Source of the DNA: Cyanophora paradoxa CCMP329
Taxonomy: Eukaryota > Plantae > Glaucophyta
Assembly: GCA_004431415.1 (NCBI GenBank)
Contig: QPMI01000564.1
Coordinates: 208,570-272,569, forward strand
Length of the DNA: 64,000 bases
Reading direction: 5' to 3'
The notes under the pieces: generated by a model
Seen by the model: only the letters and a program-made list of their open reading frames with translations
What the model was told of the DNA's origin: nothing
Database searches by the model: none
Program-made: the position numbers and the translations under genes
Shown here: positions 33,108 through 42,378 of the stretch, piece by piece
How the letters are laid out: each line of letters starts with the position of its first letter
Numbering within the stretch: position 1 is the first letter of the stretch

Positions 33108-33584
33108 TCACAACGGATTGAGCGCGGCGTAGAGCGCGATTAAGTAGGCGTCGCAGAGGTCGTCGAGCTTCCCGTTGCGATCCGCGATGTCGGCGAGCTC
33201 GGCGGGTACGAGGTCGCGGCACTTGTCCACGGCGCCGCGCTTGCGCTCCTTGTAGCTCGGGTTCGAGATCTTGAAGAAGTGCTTGATGGCGCGCGGGCTC
33301 ACGATCCGCGCACGCCCGTACAGGAGGGCGTGGAGCGTGCACTCGATGCAGCGATTGATTCCCGTCCTCTGGCCCTCGATCGCGATCTGGTCGGGAAGGC
33401 CGAAGGCGCTATGGCCGCGAGTAACCTCCACCAGGCGCGCAACAAGGCGGCCACAGCAGCGCGCAGACGGGAAGAGGGCGATCTTTTGCCAGTCGAGAAT
33501 CTGGGATTCCTTTGTCTGCGGATCGAATTCGATGAGGCACCATGCGAAATTAATGACCCCCACATCCACGCCGAGAATCTTCAT
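33108..33584 (-). CDS. RuvC-like Holliday junction resolvase (poxvirus A22 type)
   Basis: MKILGVDVGVINFA, IAIEGQ, KLDDLCDAYL catalytic motifs. Confidence 0.9.
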   Translation of the reverse strand: MKILGVDVGVINFAWCLIEFDPQTKESQILDWQKIALFPSARCCGRLVARLVEVTRGHSAFGLPDQIAIEGQRTGINRCIECTLHALLYGRARIVSPRAIKHFFKISNPSYKERKRGAVDKCRDLVPAELADIADRNGKLDDLCDAYLIALYAALNPL

Positions 33585-33621
33585 TCCGAGGTCACAAGAA
33601 AATCTGAATGAAGGGGGTAAA

Positions 33622-34692
33622 ATGGCCAAGGACCCCAAGAAGCCGAAGAAGCCGAAGGCGGCCAAGCCCCAGGCCGCCCAGCCCGCAGGCGCAGCGCCCG
33701 CGGCCCCCGCCCCCGCCGGCCAGGCCTCGGGCTCGGGCTCGGGCACCGCCCCCGCCGCCGGCACCAGCTGCGCCATGGGCATGACAGAGGACGGCATGCA
33801 GCTCACGCCCGAGCAGGTCAACGCCTTCCTCGACAACTCGAAGACGGGCGGCATCGAGCGCATGGCCTGCCTGCCCGAACTTAAGTGGTTCGACGTGAAC
33901 ACCGTCAAGCCCGACGCCACCGTCGTCTGCGTGGGCAAGCGGCGCACGGGCAAGTCCTTTTTCCTTCGCGATCTCATGTTCAACCTCTCCGGCACCTTCC
34001 CGGGGGGTATCGTAATCAGCCAGACCGATCGCCTGAACGGGTACTGGAAGCAGTACATCCCGCAGCGCTTCATCTGGCCCAAGTACAACCCGGGGGTGCT
34101 CTTCCATTTATTCAGGAGGCAGCAGGCGATCATGCAGCACAATAAGTCGGAAGACGTGCTGGCCGGAAAGGAAGATCCCGTCGATCCGCGATTTTTCGTG
34201 CTGCTCGACGACGTGATTTCCGACTCGCGTCTGCGGTACGACGAGGCCCTCAACGAGCTGTTCGTGGCGGGGCGCCACTACAAAATCATGACCCTTATCA
34301 CGACGCAGTATGCCAAGGGCATCAATCCCGTCCTGCGCTCCAATACTGATCTGGCTGTCATTTTCAAGTGCTCGCAGGCGATGCAGCGCGAGGCCCTCGC
34401 AAAGGAGTGGGGCGACATCATATCCCAGCGCGCCTTCTACTACCTGCTCGATAAATACACGCAGGATAACCACTGCCTTATCATCGATTCTTCCAACAAC
34501 TCTACGAACCCTCTGGACGTCCTTTACGTCTACAAGGCCGAGGAGCCGCCCCCGTTCCGAATCGGATCCAAGGAGTACTGGGAGGGCGAAACCGTCAACG
34601 GAGAAAATCTCGTGGGCCCGGACGACGGCACGGTGGACAAGACGCTCCTTGGCATGATAGATAACTTCAGGAAGCACCGCGGCCTCGCCTGA
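33622..34692 (+). CDS. A32-like (FtsK/HerA) genome-packaging ATPase
   Basis: GKRRTGKS Walker A, FVLLDD Walker B, GRHYKI, TTQY. Confidence 0.93.
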   Translation: MAKDPKKPKKPKAAKPQAAQPAGAAPAAPAPAGQASGSGSGTAPAAGTSCAMGMTEDGMQLTPEQVNAFLDNSKTGGIERMACLPELKWFDVNTVKPDATVVCVGKRRTGKSFFLRDLMFNLSGTFPGGIVISQTDRLNGYWKQYIPQRFIWPKYNPGVLFHLFRRQQAIMQHNKSEDVLAGKEDPVDPRFFVLLDDVISDSRLRYDEALNELFVAGRHYKIMTLITTQYAKGINPVLRSNTDLAVIFKCSQAMQREALAKEWGDIISQRAFYYLLDKYTQDNHCLIIDSSNNSTNPLDVLYVYKAEEPPPFRIGSKEYWEGETVNGENLVGPDDGTVDKTLLGMIDNFRKHRGLA

Positions 34693-34718
34693 TTTTTTCT
34701 GAGGCTTCGTGCGTAAAG

Positions 34719-35063
34719 ATGTCGCCCAGCGCCCACATCGCCTCCGTCTTCCGCGTCGAGTCCGTCGTCTACGACTGCCTCCTGGAGGCCAGCCTCGACC
34801 CCTCCTCGCCCTTCAACGACGGCGAGGTCAGCAGCGCCCTGGAGAGGATCTGCGACGCGCTGGGAATTAACTGGGAGCGCCTGACGTCGGAGGCGGCGGA
34901 CGAGGCCGCGGCCGAGTCGCTGGGCAGCGAGGATTCCAGCTCGGAAGAGATGACAGACGAAGAGGGAGACAGGGTTATTTACGTGCGCGACCCGGACGAC
35001 TTTGCAACCTCGGAATCGAGCTCGGAAGAGGAAGAGACTGAGGACGAGGACTCCGACGCCTAG
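34719..35063 (+). CDS. Hypothetical acidic protein
   Basis: TTTTTCT motif upstream. Confidence 0.55.
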   Translation: MSPSAHIASVFRVESVVYDCLLEASLDPSSPFNDGEVSSALERICDALGINWERLTSEAADEAAAESLGSEDSSSEEMTDEEGDRVIYVRDPDDFATSESSSEEEETEDEDSDA

Positions 35064-35098
35064 GCGCGCCCCTTAAAAATTTCCGAGGCCCCAGGAAA

Positions 35099-35443
35099 AT
35101 GTCAAAGGTGCTCCTAGGGCTCTCCCAGGCTATCGTGCAGTACGCCCTCGGCCTGGCCTCCGGCTCCCTCATCGACGCCGCCTTCTCCTCGCACGAAGGC
35201 GAAAATAGGGCGGGCCACGCGGCCGAGCTCGCCGCGCAAGTCGCCGTCAACGGCCTCTCCCTCGGCCTGCTCTCGAAATACGTGCTCACCCTCAAGTTTT
35301 TCGACGACGACCCCACGGGCGGAATTATGTTCATCCTCGGATTTACACACGGGCAGACGAACATGCTAATCAAGGCTACCAGCGCCAGCTTCGGAATCAA
35401 GCAGGCGCTCGAGCGGAAGGCCGCCGCGATCACTAAAGAGTAG
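35099..35443 (+). CDS. Hypothetical hydrophobic/membrane protein
   Basis: Packed ORF with AATTTC motif upstream. Confidence 0.55.
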   Translation: MSKVLLGLSQAIVQYALGLASGSLIDAAFSSHEGENRAGHAAELAAQVAVNGLSLGLLSKYVLTLKFFDDDPTGGIMFILGFTHGQTNMLIKATSASFGIKQALERKAAAITKE

Positions 35444-36274
35444 CTAAAGAGTAGGAAAGAAATGCCAGTCGTTGTACTCGCAGATCCTGTTCCAAATCGA
35501 ATCTAACTCCGAGAGTTTCTGCCTGCTCTTGAGCAAGGGAAAGTAGGGGAGGTGCTGGGGCAAATCTAGCAGCACGAAAATCTGCCTGAAAACGTAGTTG
35601 TAGTTGAGCATATTCTTCCTACCCTGCGACTTGAAAATGCTGAAGGGGACCTCCACCAGGGCGAACATCTCCTGCACCCGGTCCATATCCTCCGCGCTCA
35701 TCGGAGGCGGGCGCTCGCCCGTGATGCGCCACTTGATCTGCGCCCAGCGCTCGATGTACTTCTGCTGCTTCAGAGCCCGGAGAACTTGGCGGATATTGTC
35801 TTTGCTCCACTCCTTCCCTGCCATGCGCCTCGCAATAGCTGCCAGCACGTCCTCGGGTACAGGAGAATCCTCCAGGCAGTGCTGCTTAAGTCGCTCAGAT
35901 ACGTGGTACTTCCGCAGGTAGTTGCTGTGGATTTCGCTGACAGCCAGGGGTTGATGATCCGGATAATAAAGATCCAGGACCAGACCGCAACCTTGGCAAA
36001 CCAGATCCCCATCCAGGTGAACACCAACGAGGGCGGTAGAGCCGCAATTTCCGCAGGGGACAGCGGCTTCGCCTTGGGGGCCTTGGGTGCGGCGGTTGCG
36101 CTTGCGGGGGCGCTCTCCGGCCCCGAGGTAGGAGTTGGTGATGGCGGCGGCGGCGGCGGGGTACGGTGCCGGAGTGTCGAAGTCTGGGTCCCCCTCGTCG
36201 TGAAGGATGGCGCCGTAGCGCTGGATCTGCTCGAAGTTTCGGAGCAGGAGATCGATTTCGCCAGAGTCCGCCAT
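35444..36274 (-). CDS. VLTF3: Viral late transcription factor 3 (VLTF3-like)
   Basis: Zinc ribbon CGNC...CQGCG; RKNMLNYNYV, YFPLLKS.QKL, IWNRICEYNDWHF. Confidence 0.92.
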   Translation of the reverse strand: MADSGEIDLLLRNFEQIQRYGAILHDEGDPDFDTPAPYPAAAAAITNSYLGAGERPRKRNRRTQGPQGEAAVPCGNCGSTALVGVHLDGDLVCQGCGLVLDLYYPDHQPLAVSEIHSNYLRKYHVSERLKQHCLEDSPVPEDVLAAIARRMAGKEWSKDNIRQVLRALKQQKYIERWAQIKWRITGERPPPMSAEDMDRVQEMFALVEVPFSIFKSQGRKNMLNYNYVFRQIFVLLDLPQHLPYFPLLKSRQKLSELDSIWNRICEYNDWHFFPTL

Positions 36275-36494
36275 TCCTCCGAGTCCTCGTACTGCAGCTG
36301 CGCTATTCCCTTGCAGAAGTAGCAAACTGGCTTCACGCAATCGAGTGGGTCCCAGCCGCAGGTGAGCCCGCAGATGTGACAGAAGGCGTTGCTCAGGTGA
36401 TTCATGTGAGGCTCAGGTGAGGTGTGAACGTACCCCGGGGCCCCACGTGGAAGCTCACCCTAGCCTCGGAAAATTTTCTAGGCCTTGGTCTGAC

Positions 36495-37337
36495 ATGCTC
36501 AACCTCATCGCGAGGGGCGTAGCAGCAAACAGGCAAGCCCGCGCCCCGAACCCGCACCTCCGCATGGACGCCTCCGGCCGCTCCCGGGTAGAGACTCACA
36601 TCGTGGTGGGCAACATCAACGACAAGGTGCTGGCACCCGACAAGACGTGGTTCCAGAAGGTGCTGGACGCGGCGCCCGTGAGGAAACTGAACGGAGAGGA
36701 TCGGCCCCAGCGCGAGTCGAATTTCATGATCACCATCCAGACCAACTACAAGCCGCGGAGCAGGGGAGAAGGCTCCAAGGTGCAGGACGCCTTTCACAGG
36801 GGGCTGGAGGCCCTCTTCTACGACGACAGGCAGCTGGCGCGGTGCATAAAGATGGGGGTGTACCCCGACAAGGCGAACCCCAAGGGCTTCGATTTCAAGT
36901 CCGACCAGTACGATACGCACGTGGAGAGGGGCAACGCGAACATCGGCATCGAGTACGGGCCGCGATCGGGGCGGCTCCACGCGCACATCCTGCTCACGCT
37001 GGTGCACTACTCGCGCGTGCAATTCGACGGCAAGCGGGCGTCGGATTTCCTCATCGATTTCATGCGGACGGAGGGGCAGGGCGGCCTGCCGAATTTTTAC
37101 AAGGACGACTGGTTCGGAGAGGAGTACCAGAAGACGGCGGTGCGCCCGATACGGAGAAAGGACGCCCTCGGCATGCAGTGGACGGGCAAGGAGACGGGCT
37201 ACAGGAAGCGAGAAACCGCCAGGCAGATGCACGTAGATGTAAAATTGCTACCGCAGAGCAACCTCAAGGATCTGCTGCAGCTGTACATTACGAAGACGGT
37301 AGAGGCCCTCGAGACGGGTGCCGTAAAGCTCGTGTAA
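36495..37337 (+). CDS. HUH endonuclease (rolling-circle Rep-like)
   Basis: Motif I FMITIQ, motif II EYG...LHAHILL, motif III YITK. Confidence 0.85.
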   Translation: MLNLIARGVAANRQARAPNPHLRMDASGRSRVETHIVVGNINDKVLAPDKTWFQKVLDAAPVRKLNGEDRPQRESNFMITIQTNYKPRSRGEGSKVQDAFHRGLEALFYDDRQLARCIKMGVYPDKANPKGFDFKSDQYDTHVERGNANIGIEYGPRSGRLHAHILLTLVHYSRVQFDGKRASDFLIDFMRTEGQGGLPNFYKDDWFGEEYQKTAVRPIRRKDALGMQWTGKETGYRKRETARQMHVDVKLLPQSNLKDLLQLYITKTVEALETGAVKLV

Positions 37338-37360
37338 TTTTTTTCTTGTAGCCAATAAAT

Positions 37361-39337
37361 ATGCCTCCGAAGCGCCGAGGCCGCAAGAAGAAGCCGGAGA
37401 GCGAGTCCGAGGGGTCGGCGTACGAGGAAGAAGAGGAGAAGCCAGAGTCGGAATCAGAGGAAGAGGTAGAAGAGGAAGAGGCCGAGGATGAGCCGAAGCC
37501 AAAGGGGAAGCGGGGGAAGAAGATGAAGGAAAAGAAATACAACGAGCTCGATATGCCCATAGTCGAAATTCCAAAGCGGGCCGTGCTGGTCGAGGGCGAA
37601 AATGGGCAGATCATCGAAATGCAGAAGGGCATCCCGGATGTAGTTAAAATTCTCGAGGATCCGATCACGCGCGTGCAGGTACCGGAAACCACTGCGCTCG
37701 ACGCCTACTACGAAGATGCCACGTTCTGGAGCATCCACAGCAAGCAGTTCTACGACGCGCTGCCCGAGGAGCGCCTGCGGGCCATCCCGCGCGCCTTCCA
37801 GAGCGCCCAAAAATCGCCGCCCGTCTGCTACCGCTGCCTGCGCCTCATGTACGAAATCCCGAGCATACCCCGCAAAAAGGGCACCGCGGAGGCCGTTGCG
37901 GAGGCGACCGCGAAGAAGGAGGCCGCGTACGCCGATTACGCGAAAAAGGTCGACAAGGCAAACGAGTGGGCGAAGGCGCAAAGGCCAAAAAACAAGTACC
38001 CCCCGATCAAAGACAAGAAGCCCGCACAGCTGCCCCCGGTGTACCCGAAGAACTCGTGGCTCTGCATGCAGTGCTACCGATTTCTGGACGAGCGCGGCCT
38101 CCTCGCGAATTTGGGCCTGCAGCGGCGCAAGAGGGGCGACACCACGGCCGTGTCGGCGCAGGCGCAGAATCAGATGGCGCAGACGGTGCTGGGCGGCCCG
38201 AAGCCGAAGGCCTCGAAATCCGCCAAGGATATGGCCGCCGCCTTCGGCCAGTCGACCATCGCGCCGGGGTCGGGCCAGGAGAAAATTAGGAAGCAGGATA
38301 TCGCCGCGCCCGACATGAGCAGGATCGACGAGATCCTGAGGAAATCGACCGAGGTGAGGGAGAACATAGAAAAGACGAAAACGGGGCTGCAGGCCGCGAG
38401 GGCCAACGGGCTGGAGGCGCTCGAAAAGGTCATCACCGAAATCAACGAGACGGGTCGCTCGGTTTTCATCCTCAACAAAAAGAACGCCGACGGCAGCACG
38501 CGCTACGATATTCGTCAGGCGCGCCAGTCGCGGTACTGGGTGCTCTTCAACACACACAAGAGGCTGGGCGCCGCGAGAGAATTCGAGGTGGAGGCCTTCC
38601 GCGGCAGCCTGGCCCAGGTGCTCTCGGACGCCGAATTCTACAAGTTCATTCGATTTAATTTAAAGGAAGAGGACGGCAAGTACAAGGACGATACCTTTGC
38701 AAACGCCATCATCGGAATTCGCGTGCAGGGGGGCGTGGAAGTGGGGCCGACCGACGGCTGCTTGCACGCCCACGTGCTCGTCACGATCGATCACATATCG
38801 AACCTGCAGGTGCTCTGGGCAAAGTACGATTGGGTCGTGGTGCTCAAAGAAAAGGAGCCGGGTACGACAACCGTCTACGAGAGGCTGGGCGAAATTCTGG
38901 CCGGCAAATTCGCGGAGGCCGGAAGGAGGCTGGTGGAGCAGCTGCAGCAAGAGGCGGGGCAGGACGCGGAGAGAATCCTGCAGAACGCGGAGCTCATCGA
39001 CGACCTGAACCGAGGGAGAATCGGCATGGGAAAAGACCCGCCCACCATCCTCGCCGAGCTGATCCCGGAGGAAAATTACGGCGGGCGGCTGCAGGAGTAC
39101 CTCACGAAGACGCTGCCCGAGACGCAGCGGCGCGACCTGCTGAAGCAGTGGTCGCACGCGCGCAACCAGAATAACACCGACAACAACACGGACGGCTACC
39201 TCTTCTCCATCTTCCAGACGGAGTCCGCCCCTCGGACGATCCGCGCTTCGCGCCGCAGGCCGCCGAGATCGGAGGGCTGGGCCGCGGGCGCGGAAAGGGC
39301 AAGGGGCGCGGAAGGGGCAGGGGCCGCGGTTAATTAA
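37361..39337 (+). CDS. Long HUH endonuclease paralogue with N-terminal charged region and CxxC pair
   Basis: YWVLFN, EVG...LHAHVLV, YLTK; CYRC and CMQC. Confidence 0.8.
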   Translation: MPPKRRGRKKKPESESEGSAYEEEEEKPESESEEEVEEEEAEDEPKPKGKRGKKMKEKKYNELDMPIVEIPKRAVLVEGENGQIIEMQKGIPDVVKILEDPITRVQVPETTALDAYYEDATFWSIHSKQFYDALPEERLRAIPRAFQSAQKSPPVCYRCLRLMYEIPSIPRKKGTAEAVAEATAKKEAAYADYAKKVDKANEWAKAQRPKNKYPPIKDKKPAQLPPVYPKNSWLCMQCYRFLDERGLLANLGLQRRKRGDTTAVSAQAQNQMAQTVLGGPKPKASKSAKDMAAAFGQSTIAPGSGQEKIRKQDIAAPDMSRIDEILRKSTEVRENIEKTKTGLQAARANGLEALEKVITEINETGRSVFILNKKNADGSTRYDIRQARQSRYWVLFNTHKRLGAAREFEVEAFRGSLAQVLSDAEFYKFIRFNLKEEDGKYKDDTFANAIIGIRVQGGVEVGPTDGCLHAHVLVTIDHISNLQVLWAKYDWVVVLKEKEPGTTTVYERLGEILAGKFAEAGRRLVEQLQQEAGQDAERILQNAELIDDLNRGRIGMGKDPPTILAELIPEENYGGRLQEYLTKTLPETQRRDLLKQWSHARNQNNTDNNTDGYLFSIFQTESAPRTIRASRRRPPRSEGWAAGAERARGAEGAGAAVN

Positions 39338-39354
39338 TCTGACGCGCCCGCAAG

Positions 39355-39729
39355 ATGTTCCAGGGGGAATGCACCCACTCGGACGTCATCACCGTCGTAT
39401 GCGGCGCGCTCTTCCTGATTTCCGAGCTGCTGGGCGGCACGGAGCGAGTGCGCCCCAACACCGTGCTGGGCGCCCTGAAGGCGGCGGCCCTTAGGGTCGT
39501 GCGCCGCGGGCAGCCCGAGCCCGAGCCCCCGCCCGAGCAGAGGCGCGAGAGCGTCCAGAACATAGGCCCGCACCACGTGGACATTCAGATGACGCAGACC
39601 GGTACGCGTTTTTTTCTAGAGAACATGGGAAATGGAGACTCCCGCGACACCAGCCCCCAGCGCAGAGGTTCCAGCGCCCACCAACACCAGCACCAGCAGC
39701 AGCACCACGGCCTACCCTTGGCTTCTTAG
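39355..39729 (+). CDS. Small membrane protein
   Basis: VITVVCGALFLISELLG. Confidence 0.55.
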   Translation: MFQGECTHSDVITVVCGALFLISELLGGTERVRPNTVLGALKAAALRVVRRGQPEPEPPPEQRRESVQNIGPHHVDIQMTQTGTRFFLENMGNGDSRDTSPQRRGSSAHQHQHQQQHHGLPLAS

Positions 39730-39988
39730 GACTTACGCGCGAAAGAAGCAGCAGCAGCCAAAGGCACCGGCGGAAATGGCGGCTGACCTGGATCGGTGCA
39801 CCCGCCGCGCCATCGCGAGCTACGCCAAGCGGGTCGAGCAGTACCACCCCCGGATGGCAGAGGACGCCAGGGCGTACGCGAAAAACCCCGCCGCGAGCCC
39901 GCCCGTGATGGCCGCCGTCATCGACCGGCTGCAGTGGGCGCTGCACGAGGAGGGAGAGCGCGTCAGGAATTTCTTCATGCCCAAGTAA
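39632..39988 (+). CDS. Hypothetical protein
   Basis: TTTTTCT motif upstream. Confidence 0.5.
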   Translation: METPATPAPSAEVPAPTNTSTSSSTTAYPWLLRTYARKKQQQPKAPAEMAADLDRCTRRAIASYAKRVEQYHPRMAEDARAYAKNPAASPPVMAAVIDRLQWALHEEGERVRNFFMPK

Positions 39989-40016
39989 ATTTCTGAAAGG
40001 GGCCTTAAACCCGAGA

Positions 40017-40205
40017 ATGATGTCCCTGCCGAGCCTCGACAGCATCCTCAGCGATTCGCGCTACCTGGGCAGCCTCCTGACCCTCGGCGCCGTTGCGTAC
40101 ATGTCGCCCGCGCGCTACTACCTGCTGCGGATCCTCCTCGCGCAATTCGCGGGCTACTACTTCGTGGGGCCCACCCTCCTGAACATGGGACCGAAGCGGG
40201 CTTAA
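40017..40205 (+). CDS. Small two-helix membrane protein
   Basis: AATTTCT motif upstream; hydrophobic. Confidence 0.55.
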   Translation: MMSLPSLDSILSDSRYLGSLLTLGAVAYMSPARYYLLRILLAQFAGYYFVGPTLLNMGPKRA

Positions 40206-40234
40206 TTTCTCAGCCCCTCCTAAGGCCCTAAATA

Positions 40235-40684
40235 ATGTCCTGCGTTAACCTCTACGTCCAGTCGAACGGAGAAACGCAGGATTCCGAGGGCTTCTGGCGC
40301 CTCAGGCTGAACCAGATCCCCTCCGACATCGACACGCTGCAGATCAAGGGAGTCTACCTGGAGCTGGACACGACCGCGATTCCGGACCCCACCGCCGCGA
40401 AAACCGCAAACGTGCTGCTGATGGACGCGCCCGACTTGAACGTCACGACCATCTCGAACGTGAACGCGTGCATCAACAAGGTCGTGATTCCGACGTGGGG
40501 CCACGACGGCCTGGAAAACACCATCCTTTACTGGTTCGAGGTGCCCATGGCCGTGCGCCCGAATTACGTCGCGTACGACAAATTCCAGGAGCTGCGCGTG
40601 CGCTTCACCGACATCACGGGCGCCACCAAGAAGAACAACGCCTTCATCGTCAAGAACTTCGGCCTCTGGGCCTACGCTAAGTAG
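40235..40684 (+). CDS. Putative single jelly-roll minor capsid (penton) protein
   Basis: 149 aa, beta-rich, LYVQS start and ELRVRFTDITG motif typical of pentons. Confidence 0.55.
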   Translation: MSCVNLYVQSNGETQDSEGFWRLRLNQIPSDIDTLQIKGVYLELDTTAIPDPTAAKTANVLLMDAPDLNVTTISNVNACINKVVIPTWGHDGLENTILYWFEVPMAVRPNYVAYDKFQELRVRFTDITGATKKNNAFIVKNFGLWAYAK

Positions 40685-40713
40685 GCCGACTAGATTTTCG
40701 CAGGCCCCCTTAA

Positions 40714-41190
40714 ATGCGCCTGATCATATTCCCGCGAAAGGGCTCGGGCGTCAAGACGCGCACCTTTACGGGCGTGCCTGGCTACCCCTCGCCCCTTGCT
40801 TACAGAGTCGATCTTGTAACCGCCTCTGGTCCAATTAAATACGGGCTGCTGCACAGCCTCAGTCACATCCGTCTCGGTGAGAGCGCATGGCAGGACTTGG
40901 CCTTAATCGTAGAATTCGAGTACAGGGGGGTAGACACGCTAACGGGCGATCACTTTTACAGGGTGCGGGTAGCAAGGGAGGGGTACTCGCTGCCGAACGG
41001 CACGGGCGGGGAATACTGGGAGCCGAAAATACGCGACGCCTCCGAGGCCTACCGCTGGCTGCGTGACGAGCAGATCACTATCAGGCCCGATTACCCCTAC
41101 GCCGACGTTTTCTGGCAGGTGCCCGTGGGCCGTTGGACAACGGGCGAGGTGAGCGGCAAGCTGAAGTGGACGTGGGACGCGGAGCATTAG
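40714..41190 (+). CDS. Hypothetical beta-rich protein, possibly virion
   Basis: Packed ORF between the penton-like and fibre-like genes. Confidence 0.55.
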   Translation: MRLIIFPRKGSGVKTRTFTGVPGYPSPLAYRVDLVTASGPIKYGLLHSLSHIRLGESAWQDLALIVEFEYRGVDTLTGDHFYRVRVAREGYSLPNGTGGEYWEPKIRDASEAYRWLRDEQITIRPDYPYADVFWQVPVGRWTTGEVSGKLKWTWDAEH

Positions 41191-41215
41191 TTAATTTTTC
41201 TCTCTCGCGGATAAA

Positions 41216-42378
41216 ATGTCGATGCTCGACGACCCCTGGCGCATGGCCATCCCGAATCCGGACGAGGTGCTGAACGGCGCCTTCGCGATAGACGGGAGCC
41301 TGAGCGTGAGGGGAATTTACGCGGACGAGATAAGGCTGCGCAAGGGCGCGACCTACAGCGATTTCCTGACGTCCGTCGGTACCTTGGACGATTACGGTGA
41401 CCTCACCGCAATTATCAAGGGGCTCTGGGGCGTGACGACCGAGACGGGCGTGGACTGGAACATTATTAAGAGGGCGGCCGACGTGAAAATCGCAAACTCC
41501 GTCACAGCAAAAGATGCCACCCTGAACCTCGTGAAACTGACTCTAAAGGGCGCAGAGGGAGACGTGAGGCCCGGGTACAACGCACTCGAGCGCATCGCGG
41601 GCCCCCTGCGCCACATCTACTGGAGCCGCCAGGCGCTGCCGAGCATGGAGCCCGAGCAGTACAGGCGCGACAGGGAGGAGTTTTTCGCGTGGTTCGACCA
41701 CTTCAAGGTGAACATCCGCGCCCTGAGCGCCGACAGGACGGGCGAGACGCCGGAGACGACGGGCGGGGGCCGCATCCCAACGGCACCCGACGTGCTCCCC
41801 GATCGCTCGGACTGGGCGAAGACGCAGAACTGGGCGCTGAAGGACCACTTCCACGACGAGAGGTACGCCCTCGTCAAGCACCCGCACGTGAAGGCCGACA
41901 TCACGGACTGGGCGCACCGCCACCTGTACGACGACATCATCGGCGGGCCCAAGGTGCCGGGCGCGATTCCGGGTGGGGGTACGGGCGGCGGAAGCACCGG
42001 GGTGGGGGTACAGGCACCGGGGGCGGGGGTACAGGCACGGGGGGTGGGGGTACAGGCACGGGGGGCGGAGGGGGCACGGGCGGCACGCCAGTGGGCGGGG
42101 GTGGAGGCAGCAGCAGCTCGGGTGGCGGCGGATCGGGCGGGGACGGCATGGATAAGGTGGCAGGCCTTGCCACTTCAACGGCCATCTTCGGGGGCGCCCT
42201 CATCGTAGGCGGCATCAAATACTACAAGGATCGGAAGGGGTTCGTGAGGCAAATCGACGAGCTGAACGCGAGACCCCCCATTAAATTCGATTCCGAGGAC
42301 GCGACACATATGAATATTCATATTTTAATCCCTCGGCGTTCCGCCTCAGGATTAAAATATGAATATTCATATGTGTGA
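41216..42378 (+). CDS. Fibre-like protein with HxH..ADITD repeat and Gly-rich linker; frameshift near 41990; probably cut at the element boundary
   Basis: DHFHDERY...HPHVKADITDWAHRH; poly-GGGGTGT in the second frame; runs into the AT-rich hairpin. Confidence 0.55.
42304..42376. repeat. Perfect 28-bp-stem hairpin at the GC/AT boundary
   Basis: acacatatgaatattcatattttaatcc / ggattaaaatatgaatattcatatgtgt; 17-nt loop holds ggcg-ttc-cgcc. Confidence 0.95.

Larger units (their letters stand above)
8672..42300. mobile_element. Endogenous mriyavirus-like virus (small Nucleocytoviricota relative), ~33.6 kb
   Basis: GC-rich block with NCLDV-type MCP, A32 ATPase, VLTF3, RuvC, two HUH endonucleases, SSB and SF3 helicase; no DNA polymerase or integrase seen; boundaries approximate. 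Confidence 0.85.

Noticed and set aside
33271-33621. N-terminal extensions of the ATPase and RuvC ORFs in the track
   Set aside because: They are antisense overlaps of the divergent pair; the likely starts are 33622 (+) and 33584 (-)
8660-42310. Target-site duplication for the mriyavirus-like insert
   Set aside because: None found, and the interrupted primase does not resume on the right, so a clean insertion cannot be claimed
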